Positions 46,706 to 55,657 of a stretch of 64,000 nt of DNA are shown here, one piece after another. Under the pieces are notes generated by a model that saw only the letters and a list, made by a program, of their open reading frames with translations, was not told the DNA's origin and made no database searches. Where the stretch lies: the IMG/VR virus record IMGVR_UViG_3300032323_001868, positions 1-64,000 of that record; one strand, 5' to 3'. The DNA is from a virus. Each line of letters begins with the position of its first letter. The stretch's first letter is position 1. Position numbers and translations under genes: made by a program.

Positions 46706-47347
46706 ATGGAGATAGAAATGGACAAGCAGATACTAGAAGAAAAGGTTTATTACTATACAAAAGTAATTGATGATCCAAAAAAACTTGTTGATGCCATTGA
46801 GAGTGACAATGCAAGCGAATGGGGAGAGTGGGCTGCTTGCAGCGGACAACACTACGTCTACGGTACAGATAAGAGCATTTCTTTGTCTGATGAAAAAGAT
46901 GAATCAAATAACTATATCTACTCTACATTACAAAAGGCTTTTGACGATGTAGCAAGAGACTATGCAAAATCTCAAGGAATTACAGATGAACCAAAACTGT
47001 TTCCTATGTATCCGATTAAAAAGTATCAGGCTGGAACCTTTATGGGTGCACATTTTGACCAACAAGAGGGAGACGAAAGACTAAAGGTTTCTTTTGTTAT
47101 GTATCTAAATGATGATTATGAAGGTGGAGAAATTTCATTTACTATTGCCTCACCAGAAGGCGTACTAAAGACACAGACTCCTCATGCAGATTTTGAAATT
47201 GCCAAAGATGAAGGAAATTATACGTTTTATGTGAAGCCAGAAGCAGGAAGCATTATCGTGTTTCCTCCATCTCCACCATACCACCATACCGCTCATCTGG
47301 TAAAAAGTGGATATAAGTACATGGTTCCACAACACTGGATTCATTAA
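46706..47347 (+). CDS. 2OG-Fe(II) oxygenase (distal Lys)
   Basis: HFD..YLNDDYEGGEI..H.A..V..G.KY. Confidence 0.87.
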   Translation: MEIEMDKQILEEKVYYYTKVIDDPKKLVDAIESDNASEWGEWAACSGQHYVYGTDKSISLSDEKDESNNYIYSTLQKAFDDVARDYAKSQGITDEPKLFPMYPIKKYQAGTFMGAHFDQQEGDERLKVSFVMYLNDDYEGGEISFTIASPEGVLKTQTPHADFEIAKDEGNYTFYVKPEAGSIIVFPPSPPYHHTAHLVKSGYKYMVPQHWIH

Positions 47348-47349
47348 TT

Positions 47350-48018
47350 TTGAAAACTGCAATAGTCACAGGGGCAAGTAAGGGTGTTGGCTATGAAACA
47401 GTCAAACTTTTGTCTAAAAATGGATATAAAGTAATTGCTGTTTCAAGAAACCTTTCTAAAGTTTCTGAGTTAGAGTCTGAAAATGTTGAAACATACAAAC
47501 TAGATATAACAAATTCGGACGAAATAAAAAATTTTTATGAAAAGTATAAAAATATAACATTAGACCTTCTAGTAAACAATGCAGGTGGTGGATCTAGCCC
47601 AACAGACATTATGCACGAAACAATGGCAAACTTTAGAATCGCCTATGACATAAATGTTTCTGGCCCTATGTATCTTTCACAACTGTTTGTGCCATGTATG
47701 AAAAAGTCAAACTCCCCAACTATTATTTTTGTAACATCAATAGGTGGTAATGTTCCATATCCTGGGGGTGGTAACTATACAAATGCTAAACGAGGCGAGA
47801 TAGGTCTTATTGAGACAATGAGGTTAGAGTTTCCATCACACAACATTAAGGTAACAGAGATATGCCCAGGGACTATAGATACTCAACAAGAAAAGAAAGA
47901 TCAAGCGCTTACTGCTGAAGACCTTGCCGAATCTATTTTGTGGGTTTCTTCATTGCCAAGCCATTTTAATGTCAATAGTCTGAATATTAGTCATATCAAT
48001 AATGCAGTTTTTAGATAA
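47350..48018 (+). CDS. short-chain dehydrogenase/reductase
   Basis: TGASKGVG, NNAG, S..YTNAK, CPG. Confidence 0.9.
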   Translation: MKTAIVTGASKGVGYETVKLLSKNGYKVIAVSRNLSKVSELESENVETYKLDITNSDEIKNFYEKYKNITLDLLVNNAGGGSSPTDIMHETMANFRIAYDINVSGPMYLSQLFVPCMKKSNSPTIIFVTSIGGNVPYPGGGNYTNAKRGEIGLIETMRLEFPSHNIKVTEICPGTIDTQQEKKDQALTAEDLAESILWVSSLPSHFNVNSLNISHINNAVFR

Positions 48019-48059
48019 AAAAATACCCTCCTAGCATTGTGCTAAGAGGGTTATTTTTA
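48017..48059. terminator. bidirectional terminator
   Basis: AAAAATA-CCCTC..TAGCA/TGCTA..GAGGG-TTATTTTT between convergent genes. Confidence 0.75.
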
Positions 48060-48065
48060 TTTTAG

Positions 48066-48617
48066 TTAGTGAGGAAATTTTGACATCCAAGACTTAGTTC
48101 TTGGAGTCAACCCCTTCCAAGCGGACCAATCTTCTCCACCATTTGTCATATAATACGCAATCTCTGCATTTTTAACAGGGTTAAAAAGTTCTGCGTTTGA
48201 TTCAAGATCAAACTTAGTTCTGCGATCAGGACCAAGTTGGTCTATCATATTTATTTGAAATACCCCATAAGAAGAATCGCCTGTTCTATGGTTGCCGTTG
48301 TATGCCAAAGGTCGTCCATTAGACTCCTTCTTTGCAACAGCCCAAGCAACCACTAAGTCCCTACCCTCAAATCCAACCAAAGATAGCAAAGTCTTTAGTT
48401 CTGTATCTGTTAGATTTGTCTTATTTTCAAAACGCTCTAATATTTTTACCTTAGAAACCAAAAAAGCCGACTTGTGGTCGGCAGGCTTAACTTCTGAAGA
48501 TTTACTTATTAAATTGTTGTCAGTTGAAAAGTCATCAGCCTTAGCAACATTGCTTACGGGTGCTAACAGTCCAACCAACGATAGGATTCCAATCCAAGCC
48601 ATCTTGTCTCTTCTCAT
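48066..48617 (-). CDS. secreted lytic transglycosylase (lysozyme-like)
   Basis: signal peptide; AVAKKES.G, SYGVFQIN, NP..NA..AY, WSAW. Confidence 0.8.
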   Translation of the reverse strand: MRRDKMAWIGILSLVGLLAPVSNVAKADDFSTDNNLISKSSEVKPADHKSAFLVSKVKILERFENKTNLTDTELKTLLSLVGFEGRDLVVAWAVAKKESNGRPLAYNGNHRTGDSSYGVFQINMIDQLGPDRRTKFDLESNAELFNPVKNAEIAYYMTNGGEDWSAWKGLTPRTKSWMSKFPH

Positions 48618-48761
48618 AAAATATACCTCCTAGAGAACAATTGCTACCGTTTGGTAGCATAATCCAAGTATAACATGTTTTTGCCCTACAAGTCAACTTT
48701 TGTATAACATTTTTATAACTTATTTATTTTATTATATTCAAGTGGTATAATTGTAAATACT

Positions 48762-49166
48762 ATGGCTACTTATAGAGGACAAGAATCAAAAAGCGCTTAC
48801 GATGTTGGTTTAAGACCACCGATGGTAAGTTGGACGATAGTTAAAGGCGATACGGCAGCATTCAGAGTTTATACAACAGACGACAATAAAGATCCGTTGA
48901 TTATTGAGGACTGGAACATCCGTTGTGAGTTCCGCCGTCCAGACATTAGAAACAACATAGACCAAGATTCGGCTGGTACTATTTTTACTATTACCCCAGG
49001 TCCAACTCCAAATGACCAAATTGGAGAATTCACAGTTTCCCTAACTTCTGCCCAGACAATTCAACTTCGTACTGGCGATGTATTTGATGTTGAGTTAAGT
49101 GATGCCGATAGAGTCTGGACAGTTTGCCAGGGTAAAATGATAGTCATTGAGGATGTAACTGACTAA
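48762..49166 (+). CDS. BppU-N/Ig-like virion protein
   Basis: WTIVKGDTA..FDVEL..GKM.V.EDVT. Confidence 0.6.
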   Translation: MATYRGQESKSAYDVGLRPPMVSWTIVKGDTAAFRVYTTDDNKDPLIIEDWNIRCEFRRPDIRNNIDQDSAGTIFTITPGPTPNDQIGEFTVSLTSAQTIQLRTGDVFDVELSDADRVWTVCQGKMIVIEDVTD

Positions 49167-49390
49167 TGGCAACTGCTGTAATTATTGACGATTACAGTAA
49201 GAGGGTAGCAATTCCTAGTGCCGTTAATTATCCAATAACACAAATAGAGTACTCTGCACCACTAACTACAGTTGAGTCTATACTTCCATTTAGAGTTCGA
49301 TTTAGTACAATAATTATTGAAGGGTACTCTTCTTCAAACCCACCAGGAATTGGTATTCAGATTATTGGTTTTTCTAACTGGATTATTTAA
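49166..49390 (+). CDS. hypothetical virion-associated protein
   Basis: TAATG coupling; PPGIG..IIG. Confidence 0.6.
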   Translation: MATAVIIDDYSKRVAIPSAVNYPITQIEYSAPLTTVESILPFRVRFSTIIIEGYSSSNPPGIGIQIIGFSNWII

Positions 49391-49436
49391 TAATCTGATA
49401 TAATCTATTCATAACCCCAGCGAAGGAGAAAACATT

Positions 49437-50969
49437 ATGGGCGTAAGTATATCTGGTAAAGGGGTCCTTTCTGGACTTGCATCTCTTGTAGCAGGGGTAG
49501 TTAATAATTTTAATCTTTTAATAACACGAATCATTGGTTACACAAACACTGGTGGTGGTGGAAGTTCCTATTACACAACTATGGTTGGATCAACAGGTCC
49601 TGGATATGTTGCTGGAGGATATGGTAGTGTTCTTGCACACTCATTAGACGGTATAGACTGGTCTCCATCTACTTTGTTAGGAGCAGAGGGTTCTTGGCTT
49701 TTTCCAAATAGTTTTAACTATGCTAATGGAAAATTTGTATCGGCACTTGGGGATGGATCTGCATACTCAACAGATGGAGTAACTTGGCAATATGATCCAA
49801 ACGGACCAGGACTGCGTATAGTTTATGGAAGATCTTCTAGTAACCAATATCATTTTGTTGGTATTGAACAGGAAGCAATAAAAACATCAGTAGACGGAAT
49901 TACATGGTCTAATGCATCTGTATCAGGAAATCCAACTATAGAATTGCTTAATTTTCTTACCCTATTGCCTAGAGAGTGGACAACAACTGATTTATACTTT
50001 ATTTCAGATTCGTATAGAAATGATCTCTATAGGTCAACAGATGGTCTATCATGGACTAAAAGTGTAAATGCTAATGGTTTGCGTGATTTTGCTATCTGCA
50101 GTCAAGGGTCTTTTCAGGGAAGAATAGTTGCATCAAATGGAGGCTATAAAACTTTTTACTCAGTAGATAATGGCGACACCTGGACTGAATCACAAACTGA
50201 ACTTATTGGTGTAGGTGGTGGAATACAAGAAGTTATTTATTCACCATACAATGGAATGTTTTTTGCAACAACTCAGTCTCATGTATACTACTCTGCAGAT
50301 GGTTCATCTTGGACTTCGTTTTACTCAACTCCTGAAAACTCATATCTTAGATATATTGCTGATGGAGGAGAAAAGGGAATCGTATTTAGTCGTCAGTTCA
50401 ATTCAGATGTATTCTTTATCCACACCAAAAACTTTACTAATGACTTTCAAGAATATGAAAGAGTTTTAAGTGCTTATTTTAGTGGTCAAAAAGTAATGTT
50501 CCTAAATAATAATTTTATTCATGTTACAACAGATATTTCTGCCATTTCTTCAGATGGAATAAATTGGACAGAATCCTCATCCATTTCTGGATCATATGTC
50601 CTTGCTGGAGAAGGAATTTTAAATACCCTTGTAGAAACTCAAGTTTCAATTGGTAACCAAGGCGAAGAAGGTGCAGAAATTCTTGCTCCAGTAGATGTAT
50701 ATACTGTACCAGCAAATAAAACTGCTAATATAGACGAAGTTAGAGTTAAAAATACTTCAGCAAATACAATTACATATGACCTTGGTGTTTTAAATACTGG
50801 AGTTGAACTAACCGATATAAATGCATTAATTAACGACCAGTCAATTTCTGCGGGAGCAACAGCAACAATAACAAACATATCTAGTCCACTCACCGCTGGA
50901 CAAAGAATTGTTGTATTACCTTCAGCAGTTGATGTTGTTGAAGTTAAAGTTTACGGCACAGAGTCATAA
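49437..50969 (+). CDS. Asp-box/BNR beta-propeller protein (receptor-binding candidate)
   Basis: seven S-x-D-G/N-x-x-W motifs. Confidence 0.72.
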   Translation: MGVSISGKGVLSGLASLVAGVVNNFNLLITRIIGYTNTGGGGSSYYTTMVGSTGPGYVAGGYGSVLAHSLDGIDWSPSTLLGAEGSWLFPNSFNYANGKFVSALGDGSAYSTDGVTWQYDPNGPGLRIVYGRSSSNQYHFVGIEQEAIKTSVDGITWSNASVSGNPTIELLNFLTLLPREWTTTDLYFISDSYRNDLYRSTDGLSWTKSVNANGLRDFAICSQGSFQGRIVASNGGYKTFYSVDNGDTWTESQTELIGVGGGIQEVIYSPYNGMFFATTQSHVYYSADGSSWTSFYSTPENSYLRYIADGGEKGIVFSRQFNSDVFFIHTKNFTNDFQEYERVLSAYFSGQKVMFLNNNFIHVTTDISAISSDGINWTESSSISGSYVLAGEGILNTLVETQVSIGNQGEEGAEILAPVDVYTVPANKTANIDEVRVKNTSANTITYDLGVLNTGVELTDINALINDQSISAGATATITNISSPLTAGQRIVVLPSAVDVVEVKVYGTES

Positions 50970-50994
50970 CAACTATATTGAGTGGGTGGTATAA

Positions 50995-52050
50995 ATGTTT
51001 AGAATGTCTTTATATGCACATCCACATGTAAGAAGATCAGAGTCTTACTTTGGTTATGCATATGCATATAATGAAATTAACAAACACCTAAGAAGATATC
51101 AGCATAACGGAGAAACCATTAATGTTGACATTAATTCTCCAAAGTCAAAAACACAATTATATTTTGGGTCTCCTGATGGATTTTTTTATGACCACCAATA
51201 TAAAATACAAATGACTCAATGGGAATCAACACTTGTTCCCCCACATTGGGTTGATCATGCAAAAAGATATGATGAATGGTGGACGGCCAATCAATTTGGA
51301 GCAGATGCTTTTATAAATGCTGGGGCACCTGCAGAAAAAATACATGTATTTGAACATGGAGTTGATTCATCTATTTGGACTCCAAAAAAACGAGGAACAA
51401 AAGATACAATAAGGTTTTTGCACATAGACTCAGGATCTCCAAGAAAGCGTGGAAGTTTGGCGGTAGAGGCTTTTAAAAAGGCATTTGGAGATAATCCTGA
51501 TTATGAGATAACTCTTAAGTACAGTCATCATGGCGCTTCAGAACAAGATTGGTTCAACGAAAAAGTCTTGGCAAATTATGGAGAGTGGCAAGATATAAAT
51601 GTTCGTCACATTAAAGAAAATTTAACTCTTGAGCATTTGATTAGTTTATTTCATTTTCACGATGTATTAATTTATCCATCAGAAGGCGAAGGGTTTGGAC
51701 TAATTCCACTACAGGCTCTTGCCACTGGAATGCCAGTAATATCAACATCTGATTGGTGCTCTTATGACAAATATTTTCAGGGGAATATAATTGAGTCCCA
51801 CAGAGGAATATCAGATGTAGTAGAAACATATACAAGACACGGAGAGGTCATACTTCCACACCTAGACTCTATGGTTGACCTAATGAAAAAAGCGGCAGAG
51901 AATATTGAAACACAATCAAATTTGTTTTATGGCCAAATATCAGAGGTAGTTAAAGACTATGACTGGCAGTATAGAACAAATATGGCTATAGATTCTTTGA
52001 TTGATAGAATCGGAATAGACATGTTTAAGAATTCTGGGTATTTTCAATGA
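50995..52050 (+). CDS. glycosyltransferase GT4
   Basis: RKRG..AF, YPSEGEGFGL.PLQALATG.PVI. Confidence 0.85.
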   Translation: MFRMSLYAHPHVRRSESYFGYAYAYNEINKHLRRYQHNGETINVDINSPKSKTQLYFGSPDGFFYDHQYKIQMTQWESTLVPPHWVDHAKRYDEWWTANQFGADAFINAGAPAEKIHVFEHGVDSSIWTPKKRGTKDTIRFLHIDSGSPRKRGSLAVEAFKKAFGDNPDYEITLKYSHHGASEQDWFNEKVLANYGEWQDINVRHIKENLTLEHLISLFHFHDVLIYPSEGEGFGLIPLQALATGMPVISTSDWCSYDKYFQGNIIESHRGISDVVETYTRHGEVILPHLDSMVDLMKKAAENIETQSNLFYGQISEVVKDYDWQYRTNMAIDSLIDRIGIDMFKNSGYFQ

Positions 52051-52736
52051 AGTACACCATTATGAAAGTAAATGATCGTGCTATAGAAAACATAAAGCAC
52101 AATCACAATGTATTAAAAAGTTTTGATTACATAGATGATATCAACTTTTTTAATGGAAATACTGAAAATGGCTTTAATGTGTTAAATAATATGGGTATTA
52201 GGCTAGATACATGGCACCCATATGATGGAAGATTAACTGACCCACTTCCAGGAGAATACGGAGTTTGGGTAAGCACTATTAACTTATGGAAATATATTGT
52301 TGATAATAGTATAGAAACTCTATTAGTATTGGAAGACGATATAATTTTGCAAGAAAATTTTTTAGAAAATTTAAATTTATGCTTAAATGATTTGCCAAAA
52401 AACTTTGATTTTTTATCTTTATATTATTTTCAAGGTCAAAACGAAGAATCAGAAATGGTTAACATTGGATCTGAGTTTATTCAAAAATCTAATAACCAGT
52501 ATTCAGCAGCCCAAGCGATGATATATTCTTATGTTGGAGCAAAAAAACTTCTTAAGTTAATAAATAGAAAAGGCATGGAGTATACAAATGATTGTTTTAT
52601 TTATAGACAGTCTTTAGAAGGACTAGTAAATGGGTATTCCATTAAAGGACAAAATGATTTATTTTTAACACATTCTCACAAACAAATAGAGTCAATTATA
52701 GATCCAACAAACTTTAGAAACACAGAGGATGTCTAA
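52047..52736 (+). CDS. glycosyltransferase GT25-like
   Basis: GEYG..S..LW, LVLEDD, GAKKLL. Confidence 0.75.
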   Translation: MKYTIMKVNDRAIENIKHNHNVLKSFDYIDDINFFNGNTENGFNVLNNMGIRLDTWHPYDGRLTDPLPGEYGVWVSTINLWKYIVDNSIETLLVLEDDIILQENFLENLNLCLNDLPKNFDFLSLYYFQGQNEESEMVNIGSEFIQKSNNQYSAAQAMIYSYVGAKKLLKLINRKGMEYTNDCFIYRQSLEGLVNGYSIKGQNDLFLTHSHKQIESIIDPTNFRNTEDV

Positions 52737-53569
52737 TGAATATAACTTTTATAAGTTTTGCAAGCAATTCTTGGAAAAATTCTTTTACCAGAATTAAATC
52801 GCAAATAGATGGATTGGAAATTTTTTCAAATATTGTTTTATTTGATGAGCATATGTTAAAAAATAAAACCAATTTTTATGAAGAAAATAAAACCATATTC
52901 AATGTTTTTCCAAAAGCGTATGGTGGCGGAATATGGAAGCCATACATAATAGAAAAGTGTTTTGAAATTTATCCTGAAACAGATCTATTCTTTTATTCAG
53001 ATAGTGGAAATGAATTTTTTTTTAATGCAGAAAATAAAAATAGATTTAATCAATACACAGAAAAAGCAATAAGAGATTCATTTTTAGCATTTCGTGGCCC
53101 AGTTTTAGAAAATAAGTACAGCCACTGTTCTGTAATTAATGAAATTTATCCTAATGCAAAAGACACAAAGCAGTTCAATTCTGGAACATTGTTTATAAAA
53201 AACAATAAAGTTGGAAAAAAAATAATTGAAGATTGGAAATATTTTTGTATAAAAGATAACTATAGGTTAATTTTGTGTGAAGAAAAATGCTGTGATGATT
53301 TTTATACAAACATATATGATCAATCTATTCTTTCTTGTATATTAAAAAAATATAACATAGAAGGAATTCAAGACGAATGTGATTGGTTTTTAAGTCCCCC
53401 AATGTCTAAAGAAAAAAATATAAAAAAAATACAGGGGTATCCAATTTTTAATGCTAGGAACCCATACAAATACTCTATAATTGATAAATGTTTAAAATAC
53501 CACGACGGAGTTAAGTGTGTTCATTTTGACAACGATAAGTATTGCGAAGACACAGTTATTTTGAGATAA
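52736..53569 (+). CDS. putative glycosyltransferase
   Basis: WKPYII, YSDSG, DQSILS. Confidence 0.55.
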   Translation: MNITFISFASNSWKNSFTRIKSQIDGLEIFSNIVLFDEHMLKNKTNFYEENKTIFNVFPKAYGGGIWKPYIIEKCFEIYPETDLFFYSDSGNEFFFNAENKNRFNQYTEKAIRDSFLAFRGPVLENKYSHCSVINEIYPNAKDTKQFNSGTLFIKNNKVGKKIIEDWKYFCIKDNYRLILCEEKCCDDFYTNIYDQSILSCILKKYNIEGIQDECDWFLSPPMSKEKNIKKIQGYPIFNARNPYKYSIIDKCLKYHDGVKCVHFDNDKYCEDTVILR

Positions 53570-53578
53570 GGATAAATA

Positions 53579-54259
53579 GTGATAGAAAAAATTGTTTATG
53601 ATTTTGGTGCACACAATGGAAGCAATATTCCATACTATCTTGCTATATTTGATAAAGTTATTGCAGTAGAGGCAAACCCAACACTATCTAATGAAATTGT
53701 TAACAAGTTTAAGAACGAAATAGACAGCAATAGGCTGGTTGTTTTAAACAATGTCATATCATTAAAATCAGAAATGGTTGATTTCTATATACATGAGCAC
53801 AACTCTGTTCTTAGTCAATTTCCAGTTCCAAGTGACATTGAAAATTTTAAAAAAATTTATATTGAATCAAAAACCCCATCAGAAATTATAAATACGTATG
53901 GTGATCCAGAATATGTTAAAATAGATGTAGAGCATACAGATGCAGAGATTCTTAAAGATTTATTTATAAATAAAATATTTCCAAGGTATATTTCTGCAGA
54001 AGTTCACGATGTTACTGTTTTTAGCCTACTAACCTCATCTAACGTGTATAACAGTTATAAAATTTTAGATGGAAAAAGTATTAGCAGCATTTATGAAAAC
54101 ATAAACATAAATGAAAAAAAATATAGTTTTCCATTTCATTCAGCAGGACCAATGTTTGAAGACATAAAGTCTCCAGAACTAAATAAAGAACAATTGTTTT
54201 ATTTACTTGCAGAAGAAAGGTTGGGGTGGAAAGACATTCATGCCAAGAGGTCATACTAA
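53579..54259 (+). CDS. FkbM-family methyltransferase
   Basis: DFGAHNG, AVEANP, KIDVE. Confidence 0.78.
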   Translation: MIEKIVYDFGAHNGSNIPYYLAIFDKVIAVEANPTLSNEIVNKFKNEIDSNRLVVLNNVISLKSEMVDFYIHEHNSVLSQFPVPSDIENFKKIYIESKTPSEIINTYGDPEYVKIDVEHTDAEILKDLFINKIFPRYISAEVHDVTVFSLLTSSNVYNSYKILDGKSISSIYENININEKKYSFPFHSAGPMFEDIKSPELNKEQLFYLLAEERLGWKDIHAKRSY

Positions 54260-54260
54260 A

Positions 54261-55166
54261 ATGACACTATCGCTTGTTACTGGTGGTGCAGGGTTTATTG
54301 GGTCTAACTTAGTAGATAAGTTGATTGAATTAGGACATAGGGTTATTGCTATAGACAATGAATCTTCAGAATGCCATGATCAATTTTATTGGAACGAAAA
54401 GGCACAAAATTACAAGTATGATATCTGTGACTACGACTTGATTGCTCCACTATTTGATAAAGTTGATTATGTTTTTCATCTGGCTTCAGATGCAAGAATT
54501 CAGCCAGCAATTGTTAATCCTAAAAAATCTATTGAGTCAAACATTTTAGGTACAACAAATGTAATAGAACTTTCTAGAAAAAATAACATAAAAAGATTTA
54601 TTTATTCAAGTACATCTTCAGCATATGGCAAAAATAATACGGTACCAAATGTTGAGGATCAACATCCAGATCCTTTGACCCCGTATTCTTCTGCAAAAGT
54701 ATTTGGAGAACATCTTTGTAAAATATATAGTAGTTTATACAACCTAAACACAATATCCTTAAGGTATTTTAATGTTTATGGGAATAGACAACCACTTAAA
54801 GGCCAATACGCTCCAGTTGTTGGATTATTTTTAAGGCAAAGAATAGAGGGGGTTCCACTAACAATTGTTGGGGATGGAGAGCAAAAAAGAGATTTTACTC
54901 ATATATCAGATGTTGTAAATGCAAACATTATTGCAGCAATACAGTACTTGCCCGATTCTTGCTACGGTCAAGTTTACAACATAGGAACTGGCAAAAACTA
55001 TTCAATTAATCAGATTGCTGGTTCTATCTCTAGCCTAGTAAAGTTTGTGCCAGAAAGGCCAGGAGAATCCCGTATTACTCTTGCAAATAATGATAAGGCA
55101 AAGGAAATTTTTGGGTGGTACCCAACAGTAGACCTGTTAGACTGGATATACAAACAAAATCATTAA
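54261..55166 (+). CDS. NAD-dependent nucleotide-sugar epimerase/dehydratase
   Basis: TGGAGFIGS, SSTSSAYG, YSSAK, LRYFNVYG, RDFTH. Confidence 0.9.
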   Translation: MTLSLVTGGAGFIGSNLVDKLIELGHRVIAIDNESSECHDQFYWNEKAQNYKYDICDYDLIAPLFDKVDYVFHLASDARIQPAIVNPKKSIESNILGTTNVIELSRKNNIKRFIYSSTSSAYGKNNTVPNVEDQHPDPLTPYSSAKVFGEHLCKIYSSLYNLNTISLRYFNVYGNRQPLKGQYAPVVGLFLRQRIEGVPLTIVGDGEQKRDFTHISDVVNANIIAAIQYLPDSCYGQVYNIGTGKNYSINQIAGSISSLVKFVPERPGESRITLANNDKAKEIFGWYPTVDLLDWIYKQNH

Positions 55167-55194
55167 CAGTATAAATCCATGATATAATTCATAC

Positions 55195-55641
55195 ATGGCA
55201 CAAGTATCAATTCCAACGGTAAAGACCAAGTTCGAGACTGGGGACCGCCCAAGTCAGCAAGATTACATCGATTTAATCGATACCACTGCGGGACAAGCAA
55301 CCAACCTTGGCTCTTTCGGTAATAACGAAAACACAATCAGCGATATTACAAACGTAACTGTTTTTGATAACTTTGATGCAACACAGTGGAGAATGGTGAA
55401 GTACATCATCTCCATAGCAAAGACTTCTGCTGGCGATAATAAGTTCTACGCCACAGAGATGACCATCCTTGTTGACGGAGAAGATGTTTCTGTCAGCGAG
55501 TATGGAACTATAGACACCGATGGGAATATTGGCACCATTAGCGTCTCCAGGGTTAGTAACACGGTTGCCCTCACTGTTACACCAGCCCAAGGAATAACCC
55601 CTATCACCCTACGTTATGCACGTATTGGGTTGAAGGCTTAA
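55195..55641 (+). CDS. virion protein; domain shared with C-terminus of 55658..58024
   Basis: FETGD.P.Q.D..DLID; R..K..I..E....D....EY.TI. Confidence 0.65.
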   Translation: MAQVSIPTVKTKFETGDRPSQQDYIDLIDTTAGQATNLGSFGNNENTISDITNVTVFDNFDATQWRMVKYIISIAKTSAGDNKFYATEMTILVDGEDVSVSEYGTIDTDGNIGTISVSRVSNTVALTVTPAQGITPITLRYARIGLKA

Positions 55642-55657
55642 CTAAAGGAGATAAAAA

